Source: Octopus vulgaris
Taxonomy: Eukaryota
Length of the DNA: 64,000 nucleotides
Reading direction: 5' to 3'
NCBI GenBank assembly: GCA_951406725.2
Contig: OX597823.1
Span: forward strand, 9,362,001 to 9,426,000
The notes under the pieces were generated by a model that was not told the DNA's origin, made no database searches, and saw only the letters and a program-made list of their open reading frames with translations. Position numbers and translations under genes: made by a program. This document shows positions 1 to 11,900 of this stretch, in pieces (the first letter of the stretch is position 1; each line of letters opens with the position of its first letter).

Positions 1-586
1 AAATTTAGTCCGAAATCAGCCGAACGAGCGGTTCTTACTTAAGAGGCTACGGAAATAGTCTAAACATAACGTTAAGTATAATGAATTCTTAATCGGTCTT
101 CTGGGCGATTGCAGTCCTTATCGGCATACATGTATACAAGTATGCGCTTTTCCTACAACATTAGAACATTCTAGCTTTTATTTCTAGCAATGTAGGTGTC
201 CTTAGTGGCATTTAGGGAAAATTATATTTTTTCGTTATGATAGCACATTCCGCACATGGCTGTTTATATTAATATGTACTAGAAGAAAGTACGCCCTCCG
301 GGTGGTTCACTGCTTGCCCCTTGATGATATTTTCACATTTTCTTCCCATTTCTAATAATTTTTATATTTTACGTCTAATTATTTTAAAGAAACATCGTCG
401 TAGTCCAACAATAGAGGGAGAAGTAATTTGTCAAGTTTAACTTTCCCCTCAAAGCCAGATAAAAATTTTAATTCAGCAACCCATCTGTAAGCTTTGAAGT
501 GTGTGTCTTTGTGTGTGAGAAAGAGAGTGTGCGTGAAAGAGAGAGAGAGAGAGAGAGAGCGAGAACATTGCGAACAATGAATGAAA

Positions 587-973
587 TACTCTTTTACTCT
601 TTTACTCTTTTACTTGTTTCAGTCATTTGACTGTGGCCATGCTGGAGCAGCGTCTTTAATCGAGCAACTCGACCCTGGGACTTATTCTTTTTGTAAGCCC
701 AGTACTTATTCTATCGGTCTCTTTTGCCGAACCGCTATAACGGGGACATAAACAGACCAACATCGGTTGTCAAACAATGCTAGGGGGACAAACACAGACA
801 CACAAACAAACACACATACATATATATATATATATATACATATATACGACAGGCTTCTTTCAGTTTTCGTCTACCCAATCCACTCACAAGGCATTGGTCA
901 GCTCGGGGCTATAGCAGAAGATACTTGCCCAAGATGCCACGCAGTGGGACTGAACCCGTAACCATGTGGTTGG
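587..973 (-). mobile_element. tRNA-derived SINE, family A (working label), slightly 5'-truncated
   Basis: Colinear with copies at 43945, 58842 and 61829. Minus strand reads a B-box-like GGTTCAGTCCC, then CTTGGGCAAGT, an internal (TA/TG)n tract and a (GAGTAAAA)n tail. Confidence 0.85.
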
Positions 974-1634
974 AAAGGAAAATATCGCATAAATGAAAGG
1001 GCATTACTACAGATGTATACGCCCCAGACATTGTTGCCTCATAACATCCAGAAAATGGATACTTCTTAACAAAATTATCTACAAATACGGCTTACCTCTT
1101 GTGGCTTCAGAGTATAAAGGGATTTATGGGAAACAATTTTTGCAAGGGCGTGGAGAGAGAAGTTTCAGAAAATTCCGACGGTCTGACGTTTTTCCCTCAT
1201 AACTTTCAGGAAGACGGGTACCTTTTAATGAAAATTTATTCAAATCCTTTTCAAACGGCATAGATTAAGATTATAAAGAAATCTGTTGGGAAAATTTATT
1301 CGGGGTTCTTCCCTATTTTTTTTTAAGCTACAGCCTTCGAAATGATGGGGTTGGTTGGATGAGGGCATCTTTGTACGAAAAAAGTTTTGAAAACTCTTTT
1401 TTCACGCCCCACTCCCTCATCATCTCACTCCGGACCTATTTTAGTCATTTTCTTTTTGCACTTCAAAAGCATAGGAAGAGCACTTTCGGAATTTTATTTT
1501 TTAATTTGTAAATATTTTCAGAAGGAAAAGTAGTGATTTATGGCCGGTTTGGCTGTTGTTTCTAGCACATCCAAAGACAACCCTCCTCGTTTCTTTATTT
1601 CTCTCGCATGTATTGATGTCTTTCAATATCGTAT

Positions 1635-1779
<145 letters not shown>

Positions 1780-1794
<15 letters not shown>

Positions 1795-2005
1795 ATAAGT
1801 TTGTGTGTCTGTGTTTGTCCCCCAACATCGCTCGACAACAGATGCTGGTATGTTTACGTCCCCGTAACTTAGCGGTTCAGCAAACGAGAGCGATAAAATA
1901 AGTACTCGGCTTACGAAGAATAAGTCCCGGGGTCGATTTGCTCGACTGAAAACGGTGCTCCAGCATGGCCGCACTCAAACGACTGAAACAAGTAAAAGCG
2001 TAAAA
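1780..2005 (+). mobile_element. SINE family A, 3' half
   Basis: GTTTGTCCCCCAAC...GCTCCAGCATGGCCGCA...GAAACAAGTAAAAG is the reverse complement of 587-800. Confidence 0.8.
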
Positions 2006-2006
2006 A

Positions 2007-2048
<42 letters not shown>

Positions 2049-2502
2049 CAATGATTTTATAAGTATTACTCTGTGCTGCGAGCACTTACGGCAAGAATAC
2101 TTCACTACATCGTAGTTTTATTTTTCATTTTATTTACTGTAAAGTTGATATGACATAACAGGAGTTGGCTCTAGTTTTAGAAATCACAAAAACTGTGATT
2201 TGTCGTGGACAGTAAGAAGATTCTCCAGAGCTTTTGGCTATTAGGAGTGTGTGCATTACAATCTAAAGAGGGTGAGGGACCGATGGCAGATGCTGAAGGA
2301 CCAGTAGATGTAGAAGGTAGGAAGTAGAGATGAATTAAAGAAGGAAAAGAGGAAAAGAAGCAAAGTGAAGGACACATTTTGTTAGGTACATTTTTCAGGA
2401 TTGGAGGTGGTTGTAGGGAGAGACAATTGCGCAAGGAAACAACAACAACAACATCAGCATAAACATAAGCATAAACATAAACAACAACAATAAGAAGAAG
2501 AA

Positions 2503-3052
2503 ATGCCCTGATGCAGCACCAGGCACCGGCTCTCATGGCTCCTGGTTTTACTGATTGGAAGTGTTATCATGTACATTGATTTGTCTTGGTATAAACGATG
2601 GGTTACAGCAAATATTCTGCTCAATACCATAGATTTGTTTGTGAGTTGTTTGACCTTAGCCAGTTGAACACGTCGCTTGGTGGTTGACCATATGTCCATC
2701 TTTCAGGAGCAGAAGTAGTGAGAGAACATCATAGCCATATGTCAAGAGAAATTCTTTGGGGTTTGAATAATTCACATTTGGAAACGTGGGTGTTTCGTTC
2801 AACATCTTTAAACAATCCTTATTCAAGGACATTTTGAGCGGTTTGGACTACTCGACTTGATGAAAATTCTAACTGGGCCCCACCTGCAAGGACATGCGCT
2901 GTTTATCTTGATATGAGATCACCATGTCGCGCACATATGGTTGTGATTATGTGCTTGGTGTACCATTATCAGACGAGTAGTGATGAAGGATATACTGAGC
3001 TCGTATATTTTACCGCAGTATTACTTTGATGGTATACACTGCACTCTCACTC
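2503..3052 (-). mobile_element. Unclassified ~550-bp putative interspersed element between (AAC/AAT)n tracts
   Basis: Sharply bounded complex sequence between trinucleotide microsatellites, with no convincing ORF. Single copy in this window, so the repeat status and the strand are inferences. Confidence 0.4.
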
Positions 3053-3083
3053 AACAACAACAAAAAGGATAATAATAACAACA

Positions 3084-3131
<48 letters not shown>

Positions 3132-3133
3132 GT

Positions 3134-3470
3134 GATCTGGCAACAGAATCAATGTGAAACAAGATAAAAAATTAATAAACAGCTGTAACGTTTGGAAGTG
3201 GGAAATACGAAGATTGTGATCAATGAGGAGAGTAGACGTGATAGGAATAGTAATTGGTGCACTTGGAAGTATCAACACTCAACTACCAACATGGCTCAGA
3301 AAGATCGGTGCAAGTGTGAAGGAAGAAGTCCTACAAAAACCAGCATTGCTTGGACCTGCAAAAAGTCTTCACGTGGTTCTTGAAGCACGACCAGTAAACA
3401 AGTGTCACCTTAGTCTGCTGGCTGTAGACAGCTGACATTTTCCATCATACCTAATAAAATAAGCTGTGAA
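3134..3470 (+). mobile_element. 3' fragment of an R4/Dong-like (RLE-type) non-LTR retrotransposon
   Basis: Translation LKWEIRRL*SMRRVDVIGIVIGALGS...LQKPALLGPAKSLHVVL matches the C-terminal restriction-like endonuclease motif (V.P+V+GALG...LQK.ALLG). Lies directly after (TAA)n. Confidence 0.75.
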
Positions 3471-3491
3471 TTGTCATCACATAATAACAAT

Positions 3492-3832
3492 TCGGAGACC
3501 CCCTTCGGTCACGACACAGACCATGGGATTGCACCTAGAAAGTTGCCCTCCCAAGCACAAGTCCGGGCAAGGTTGTTTATGGAAGACCAGCAGTCGCCCA
3601 TGCATACCAGCCTCCCCTCTCCACGTCACCGATGTTATCCAAGGGAAAGACAAAGGTCGATACAGCTTGGCACCAGTGACGTCGCAACTCATTTCTACAG
3701 CTGAGTGAACTGGAGCAACATGAAATAAAGTGCCTTGCTCAAGAACACAACACGCAGCCCGGTCCGGGATTCGAGCTCACAACCTCACGATCGTAAGCTC
3801 GACGCTCTAACCACTGAGCCATGCGCCTTCAC
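3492..3832 (-). mobile_element. tRNA-headed CORE-like SINE, family C
   Basis: Minus strand has A box TGGCTCAGTGG, B-box-like GCTCGAATCCC and CORE-like TTGAGCAAGGCACTTTATTTCATGTTGCTCCAGTTCACTCAGCTGTAGAAATGAG. Flanked by AATAACAAT repeats. Confidence 0.8.
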
Positions 3833-3914
3833 ACAATAACAATAATAATAACAATAATAATAACATTAACAATAAAAATAATAATAACAACAACAATAAC
3901 AATAATGATTTCAA

Positions 3915-4113
3915 AGCTTGGCACACAGCCATCAATTTCGGTGGATCGGTCCGGTCGATTCAATCGACACCAATATTCAAATGGTACTTATGTTATCGAC
4001 CCTGAGAGACTGAAAGGTAAAGTCAACCGCGACGGAATTTGAACTCAGAACATGAAGACGGACTAATTGCTGCTAAGCATTGTGTCCGGCGTCTTAACGA
4101 TTCTGCCAGCTCG
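3915..4113 (-). mobile_element. SINE family B, diverged copy
   Basis: TGGTACTTATGTTATCGACCC...GGAATTTGAACTCAGAAC...TTCTGCCAGCTCG matches family B. Confidence 0.75.
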
Positions 4114-4556
4114 TATTAAAATCATAGCTCGCAGAAACTCAAATATTACAAGCACAAGGTACCAAAATGGAAAGGGCATGTTGCATCCAAAAGAAATTTA
4201 AACGAACAATATAATTGTAAACAAGGAAAATTCCCTTGTAGAGAGGAAACCTTCGGGAGCTGTTAGAAGTATTGACATCAAAAGTGCATACGCTGTCGTC
4301 TGATCAGACGACCCATATTTGCATGATGGTCGCAGTTTTCTTCTAAAAGTTGTTTCCTATATTCATTATTAAATCAGGTACGTTTGTCGTATTTTGATAA
4401 AGTTAAGCATTTTGTTCGACGCTCTAACAATTCTACCAACCCACTAATTATAAGAATAAGAGCAGGAAATAAAGATTGGGAAGATTATATAGGCATACAT
4501 AGTGTTGAACCTATGTGTTTATTTATGGGTGTTCACACAGATACATATAAATACAG

Positions 4557-4879
4557 GAGCACTCTGTCGGTTACGACGACGTGAGTCCCAGCTGATACGA
4601 TCAACGGATGAGCCTGCTCATGAAATTAACGTGTAAGTGACTGAGAAATCCACAGACACGCGTTCCCCTAACGTAGTTCTCAGGGAGATTCAGCGTAACA
4701 CAGAGTGTGACAAGGCCGGCTCTTTGAAATACAGGTACAAATCATTTTTGCCAGCTGTGTGGACTGGAGCAACGTGAAATAAAGTGTCTTGCTCAAGGAC
4801 ACAACGCGTCGCCGGGAATCGGACTCACGACCTCACAATCGTGAGCCGAATGCCCTAACCACTAAGCAACGCGCCTTCA
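4557..4879 (-). mobile_element. tRNA-headed CORE-like SINE, family D
   Basis: Shares head and CORE block with 3492-3832 (GGAGCAACGTGAAATAAAGTGTCTTGCTCAAG) but has a different 3' tail, which is shared with 61348-61490. Confidence 0.8.
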
Positions 4880-4916
4880 TATTTATACATGCACACACAT
4901 ACACACATATAAACAC

Positions 4917-5503
4917 ATGTTCTTGATTCGACGGTCATTCGGAATGCTCACAGCAGCCATATTCCTATGTCACGCTGGTGAGACCCATATTGGAGTATGG
5001 GATTCAAGCCTCTTCTCCTTATCTCCTCAAAGACATACAGCATCTCGAAAGAGTCCAGAAGCTGGCTACCCGCATGGTTCTTGGTCTCAAGTATTTGTCT
5101 TATGAAGAAAGGCTGAAGACGCTCGACCTTCATTCTCTAGAAAAACGACGCCGCCGTAGTGATCTCATTCTTGCTGACAACATCATAAGCGGAAAGTGTA
5201 ACCTCTCGAAAGAGCTGTTCTACACTCCTGCTCCAGAACGTCGGCTGCGGGGTCATTCCGAAAAGCTCTATCTGCGACGATTTCATCTCAATCGAAGGAG
5301 AGGGGCTTTCTCTGTCCGGGTTGCAGATCCGTGGAATAAGCTGCCGGACGAGATAGTGAAGATGCCGACGACCGCTCGGTTCAAAGTCTCCCTTGACCAC
5401 AAGTGGCCTGAAATCTTTACATGAGCACCACCCTGTACATAACTCCATGTCCCCCTACATGGCCTTGCTTTTTGCTTTTTGAGCCAAAAATGAACTAACT
5501 AAC
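4917..5503 (+). mobile_element. CR1-clade LINE, 5'-truncated 3' end
   Basis: ORF 4978-5424 RPILEYG...LERVQKLATRMV.GL..LSYEERL..L.L.SLEKRR.R.DLI...F+.RV...WN.LP is the CR1 ORF2 C-terminus, followed by a short 3' UTR and (AACT)n tail. Confidence 0.9.
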
Positions 5504-6309
5504 ATGTAATATTGAGGACGTTTATAGTATATGTTATGCATTGAATAAACACTCTCTGATATAGAACTCAGTCAGATATACCGCACAACGAAACAAGTGT
5601 AATGCCACCTTCCATAAAATATTGTATGTATGTGTATGCACGTATGTGTTTGCCTGTGAGTACATATACGTGTAGATGAGTATGCGGTGTGTGTGTATGT
5701 TATACATATACGAATACTTACGTAACTGTTGATTAGATTGCTTCTTTTAATGCCAAACATGCCCCCTTGTGTTGCACAACATTTAGATTCCTACGCACAA
5801 AAAAAAAATATCTTTTTAGATAGAAATTTTTATATTTTGTTATCTGAGAAGAAAAATATTGTCTTTAAGAACATTTCCTAACTCTCTCTTTCTGTCTGTC
5901 ACATACCGTCTTGTTCTCCCTTTTTTCTCACACACTCTTTCTTGTTCTCTCTCTCTCTCTCACTCTCTCTCTCTCTCACTTTCTATCTCCATCTTTCACC
6001 CTTCACTAAGATACACACAAGAAGCTTATAATATCTCAACGTGACAACTTTGTTTCAACGGTTATTGGTTTTTATTTCCTATTCATCTAGTATGTTATAC
6101 TGGCTTCTCATATTGTTTATTTTATTTTTGTTAAACCACCATTTGAACAAAGTGTGATATGTGCAAGTAGATTTTGTTATTTTAATAACAGAAGATACGA
6201 TAGTGATTTGTGTGGAATAGGCAGAAAGCCAACTTTGAAAATGTGACGCGGGTATAGTTGCTTGAAGTGGTTCAATTGTTTGACTAAGTGTTACTGCGGT
6301 AATCTCTGT

Positions 6310-6515
6310 GTGGTTATTCAGTCCACTCGAATAGCTGAAAAAAATTCACTCAAATCACACGCTAAAATCGTTAAATAAAAGGAGGCATGACACAATGATT
6401 ACTAAAATCCTCATATACTACTTCCAAACAAAGAGGGGTCTAGCACTACAGCGACACATTTGATCATAGGTGTACTTGAGTAAAAGTGGCTTACTGCTAC
6501 ATACCAACAACAACA
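6310..6515 (+). mobile_element. Old, diverged interspersed repeat ending in (AAC)n
   Basis: CTCAAATCACAC...TTTGATCATAGG...AACAACAAC motifs recur, diverged and reversed, near 17990-18420, 18790-18980 and 28265-28320. Confidence 0.4.
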
Positions 6516-7232
6516 GCAATAATAAAAGCAATTACAATAAGAATAAGAAAAATAATAACAACAACAAACAATAAAAATTACATGAACGCCACAAATTCCT
6601 ACAAATAAAATAAAAACAATAGTAACTTGTAGATATGAACGTCATCAGCAGAATGATGAAAGCAGAGATAAATGTTTATACGTATGTGATGTAGACGTCA
6701 AATACCATTTTTTTAATGTATTTCTGTTTATTATTTTCTTTGAAGAGACAAAATACTACGAGTTATTAACCAAATTAGGGAACTAGGCTGTGAGTTTTTT
6801 ATGAGAACATAGTAATAATCTTAACATGCAAGAAATATTTTTTAATGAAAATATATAGTAATATGTTTAAGTGAAAATTTATGATGTTTGTTTAAGAACA
6901 AAAATTAGTTACACAAACACATTTAATGTGCGTTCACATCAGTTGTCTAGTGGGTCAGGTAGAAAATTAAGAGCACGAAATATAAGAACAATAGTCCTCA
7001 GAGATGGGAACTTCTTTTCTGATTAGCTAAAACTCTAATGAAAACCTGCGTACAAAGAGTAACTTCAAAAGATTCAAAATGAAGCACAACAGAAAGAACA
7101 AACATCAAACAAAAATTAATGCAAATGAATCAGGTAAAACCGCAAAGTATTAAAACAGGCCAAATTATCTTTGGGGAGCTGAAGTTAAATTCTGAAGATA
7201 ATGTAATGCAACTGATTTCATAACACAAAATG

Positions 7233-7652
7233 GGGATCTTTTCGGTTTGAACGGCAGTTTTTTTCTAGCGGTGTCATATGAAATTGTCACCCATAATTAT
7301 GACCCTAGTATCGATCTATTGCATTTCAATCTGTTTTAAGGTTAGGGTTAGTTAGGGTTAGGGGTGGGGGGGAAGGGTATCTTTTTTCTTCACACATGTA
7401 AATAAACCCAATCTGTTTCTTAAACGAGGGACATATTCATACGGCACAGAATGTTTTTTTACCTCAATGGACGTCATTGATTGGTTGAAATTGCAGAAAT
7501 TGAAGAAAAAAACAACAACAAATATCTTACAAACTATAAAGCCAAGAAAAACAGATGTTTTATAAATATATTCTACCAGTGCACGAAGATTAATTTTTTT
7601 TTAGTTACGTAGAAATTATGTTAAAAACTGCCGTTCAAACCGAAAAGATCCC
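7233..7652. mobile_element. MITE with perfect 30-bp TIRs
   Basis: GGGATCTTTTCGGTTTGAACGGCAGTTTTT (7233-7262) and its exact reverse complement (7623-7652). Flanks AAAATG/AAAATA may be a TSD. Internal GGTTAGGGTTAG motifs. Confidence 0.9.
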
Positions 7653-8702
7653 AAAATAGTCATCTGCAATGGAAACTAAAAATTAAAATAGCAAAAATGT
7701 CAATAGATAACGTTGGAATTTCAAACGTAGCAGTATACAAAATTGATGATACTCTTATACGAAGCTGAATACAAGTAGCTGTGAAAGAATGACTGAAGAC
7801 ATATGTTATTGTTAGTACTCATAGAGAATAATGGCTTAAGACAAATAAACGTAAATTTAACGTAAATTTAGCAATAAGTCTTCAAATATTAATCCAGGAA
7901 CCCCGAACCAATATTTATAGCACAAGACCATGTATTATTGCTTTCTTTTTTTTTTTCAAAGAAACAAAAATATAGAACAACAAAATGTACCGGTTGGTAA
8001 GTACATACTGAATATCTTAATAGCATACGTGAAACTTTTGATAAGAAATGTATGTACCTATGCTGATACCATTCCCTATAGGAAGATTGAAAATGATGCG
8101 AAATGGTGCTAGTTAAAGCCGTGGCCAATTATTGCAGTATCATCGGAAATGGATGTATGAATCTATAAACAACCATGAAATATATACGACAGAACACAGC
8201 GTACCCAAATATTGAATATTATACAGGATAAAACTTTAAGTGAAATACGCTGTAATGACTTACATAACTAGTGTGACCCGCAAGTAAATCGTAGTTTATT
8301 GAAAGACACTTGAGACTAGAAAAAAATATCACCAAGAGCATTTCTCCATCTATGACACTGCATAATAAATGCTTTTTGCATTATTCTTAACGGTGTTCAC
8401 AGGGATGCACACACACGTATGTGCGTGCGTAGTGTGAGTGTGTGTGTGTGTGTATATATGTGTGTGTGTGTGTGTGTGTGTTTGTGTGTGTGTTCTCGCG
8501 GACATCTTAAGTGATCATAAATTCTAAGTAGATAGTTATTATACAGATGACTTAAAACTGTCAGAATCTTTTTAATATAAAATATAATAATATTTCTTAA
8601 CGTTTCGGTCCAATAATTTTACGTAAATCTATTTGCCGAATCTTGCTGTATGCATTAAAGAAAAAAATGGACAAAAGAAACTGAGAGAGAGAGAGAGAGA
8701 GA

Positions 8703-8703
<1 letters not shown>

Positions 8704-8772
<69 letters not shown>
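8704..8772. repeat. (GT)n microsatellite
   Basis: Direct observation. Confidence 0.95.
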
Positions 8773-9454
8773 GTTTGGTGAAGGGAGCGTAGAGAATAGT
8801 TCATGCAACTATAGAATGCCATGAAAAGTAATGGAAACCAGAGAAAAGGAAAGCATGGATGATATAGTATCGAAGATTTAGGTCGAATACTTCAACAGAG
8901 TTTGCCGATACATAGAAGGCGCCGTACATAAGCTGTATATAGAACAAAAGTTTTGCCTCAATTAAAAAATGTACGGTTTGATGACTGGTAGAAAGAACTC
9001 TAGTTTAAGTCATGATAAATTTTGATCGATTTGGTAATTACGACCACCATGTAGGTGAGAAAATAATGTTTTGTGAACAAGCAGAGCGCATCTCTAGCAA
9101 CAAATTTGGTCACGTAACTGTTGCAGGTAATATCATAAAGTGACCATCACAACTTTTCAGAAATAAACATTTAATACTCAAAGTTTGTTATGAATGCTAC
9201 ATAGAAAAATAGTACGTATTCATTCGAAATCGAAAGATTTACAAAGATCTTTTACAGTATTGAGTAATTTAGGAAGCATGATTATGTATGATATATATAC
9301 ATGTTACATTTTTAAACGAATGTACTACCCTCTGCGTTAGTTTTTTTTTTTTAATCATTTGTATGAATTTACAGAAAGACGCGTAGTTCATCAAAGAAAA
9401 GGTGTATTTGAACACAAATTAGTACAAATATATACGAGCATTCTTTCATCACAA

Positions 9455-10200
9455 TCACTTAAGGAACACACTGTTGGTATCAATGGCTGCTTTAATGCCG
9501 GGTCGGAAACTTTGTCATGTCCGAATCAGATGATCTTTATCAATTTTGGAAATAGTGCTTGTTAGAGCGAACTTAAGAGATTGTATGGTGTTAAGGGGTG
9601 TTGATTGATATCTTTCTCAACTATATCCCTTACGTAATTGTCCAGTGGATTGAAGTCTGGCGAGCTAGGAGGTCACGAATCTGGGAGGGCTTGATTACGG
9701 AGACAGACATGCAACTACACTTGGGTTGTCCTAGCCTTATGAGATAGAGCCTCATAAGATACAGTATTTCCTTATGTAATTTGTCCATCCAAGGCCTCAA
9801 AACTTTCTACAATAGCTCTAGGTTGACGGCGGCATTGACACTTTAGTCCTGTGAAAAAAAAGTGAGCAGGCATGAGATCTTTGTTTCTGACACCACTCCC
9901 AGAAACACCTCGGTTTCTGAGAACTTAGTATGTATGACCGTTGGAACATTATTTAAGTTTCTGCATAACCATCTATCATTCCTTCGCCTTACCTTTTAGT
10001 CCTGGTCGATGTGTTACTCATCAGAGAAAAACCAAAGCATTCCACCCTCTTGACGTTTTAACAGGTTTAGCAAGCGATTAACACAGATCGAACGATACTC
10101 CCTTGTCTTGACGGACATAGACTGACCCCTTCACACCATATCCGATTTGTACCAGATGTCCTCCTGCAAAACTCTTACGATGGTATATTCTGTCTGTTTT
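9455..10200 (-). pseudogene. Decayed Tc1/mariner-superfamily transposase, maT/DD37D-like
   Basis: Minus-strand pieces across stops and frameshifts: TIVRVLQEDIWYKS..*RGQSMS, WFFSDE*HIDQD*KVRRRNDRWLC, LMPAHFF, LRPWMDKL, *PPSSPDFNPLDNYV, SFRPGIKAAIDTN. Confidence 0.8.
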
Positions 10201-10389
10201 GCTTTACAGATATAACGCGAGTAGAAATATTTGCTCCAATACTTCTGTTTTTTTCAGGCGGTAAGGTGATATTTCAAGATGTTTTAGTTTCTGTTTTTAA
10301 TAGTTCGAGATCGCATAGATTTTGCGCTCACATGTTATAGTAGCCGTAACATCAGTAGCTTCTTCTGCAGCAGTAATGGTAATACTAAT

Positions 10390-10560
10390 TTCAAATTTTG
10401 GCATAAGGCCAGAAATTTTGGAGGAGAGTTTCAGTCGATTACAAAGACCCCACTGTTCGAATGGTACTCATTTTATCGACACCGAAAGGATGAAAGGCAA
10501 AGCAATTTCAACTCAGAACGTAAATCCTGCGTTCTAACGAATCTGCTTGCTCAACGACTT
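10390..10560 (-). mobile_element. SINE family B, diverged
   Basis: TGGTACTCATTTTATCGACACCGAAAGGATGAAAGGCAAAG. Confidence 0.7.
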
Positions 10561-10649
10561 CAAGTAGTGATAATGATATTGGTAAGTTTCAAATATAAAT
10601 ATTTGACCGGAAATGTTTATTCCACGAAATACTTTATTATAATGATTTC

Positions 10650-10841
10650 TGATTTAGTTACAAGAACAGTAAATTTGAGTGTTCAGTCGAAACCATCGAC
10701 TCTGGCAGTTGACTGATATTTTATTTTATCGACTTTGAACTGAAGATGGGAAAATATGACATCGGCAGGATTTGAACCCAAAGTATAAAAAGCGGTAACA
10801 AAACTGGCAAGGTGTTTTCTTCGCTCTAACGATTCTGCCAG
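10650..10841 (-). mobile_element. SINE family B, strongly diverged
   Basis: TTTTATCGAC...GGATTTGAACCC...CTAACGATTCTGCCAG in family-B order. Confidence 0.55.
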
Positions 10842-11399
10842 TACCGATATTCACAGCTTGTATCAGTCTCTTATACTAACGTTGACAAGAGTCCCTTGTT
10901 GGCACATTATATTTGAATATAGGCACATCTAATACTTTGTGAAGCTACATTGGTTTGGGTATGTTTGTTAACCCATATAGTTATAGACACAATCCGGTTT
11001 CTAAGAATGCTCTATAGAATAGCGATAGAGCTTTTGTAAAAGTTTTTGACGATAACGTTTCGATTTCTCATTACCACATTATCTTCTGAACCTGAAGATA
11101 ATGTCTCCATTTATTATCGTTCTTACTGCTTCCCTCCGAAGATATCTATATGTAGACATTTTCATGGTGCTATTTTCTCGTCGAAACGTCTTTGTACCGA
11201 TGATGAAATACAGATGACATGTTTCGGGAAAATCTCCTCAAATCTTGCTAGCTTAGTGGCCCACCCTCCCTCCAAGATTGCGCAATAAAGCCCACACACA
11301 CTCGCACGCACACATGCGCACACATATAAACCTATTGTGCATGTTTATGTGTAAATTAAGATATAAACTGATGGAAGATGTGTTACATAAAATGATGGA

Positions 11400-11900
11400 T
11401 TAAGCCTATATGGACAGAAATTCAACATATCCTTATCAAACTAGCGAATGATTTCTCTCTGACGTAAGATGTAATGGATATACAACTGGAAAAAGAATTA
11501 ACTGAAAGATGTAATTAAGTTCGTGATTAATAATCCATAAATTTCGTTTGCAGATAAAATATTTAAACAAGTTAAGGGCATCCCAACGGGCCATAAATGT
11601 AATCTGATATTGGCTGACATATTTATTATGGGTGATTATAGTTTTCTTAATGGTTTCTACAACTATAAAAGTAGGTTCTCATTAAAGAACTTAGCGGATG
11701 TTACCATTATACAGATGATAGTTTTGCTCTAAATTACGTTTTATTTTTTAATTTTAAATATCCACTTCATAAAATTTATCCTAGTGATTTGTAAACGGGA
11801 TGTCTCAGATGTTAAAAAGAAGTGAATTAGATATTACGATAGAGAATAGTAATAATTTGATTATAAATGTTTATATGAAATTAATTATTTTAATTTTGAA
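11400..11900 (+). pseudogene. Decayed Penelope-like element reverse transcriptase fragment
   Basis: LKDVIKFVINNP*ISFADKIFKQVKGIPTGHKCNLILADIF (Q..GIPMG...ADIF motif), then HYTDDSFALN (YxDD), KIYPSDL and ELDITI. Confidence 0.75.

Noticed and set aside
279-310. Possible Helitron 3' end on the minus strand (hairpin + CTAG)
   Set aside because: Short imperfect hairpin, with no matching 5' end or second copy in the window.
767-961. Recurrent ORF '[18 protein letters not shown]...[15 protein letters not shown]'
   Set aside because: Antisense translation of SINE family A; it recurs only because the SINE does.
3760-3832. tRNA-like sequences (also 4810-4879, 40314-40390, 44300-44369)
   Set aside because: They are SINE heads with A/B boxes but no complete acceptor stem, and they continue into SINE bodies.
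7339-7365. Telomeric TTAGGG repeats
   Set aside because: Only a few units, internal to a MITE; not a telomere.
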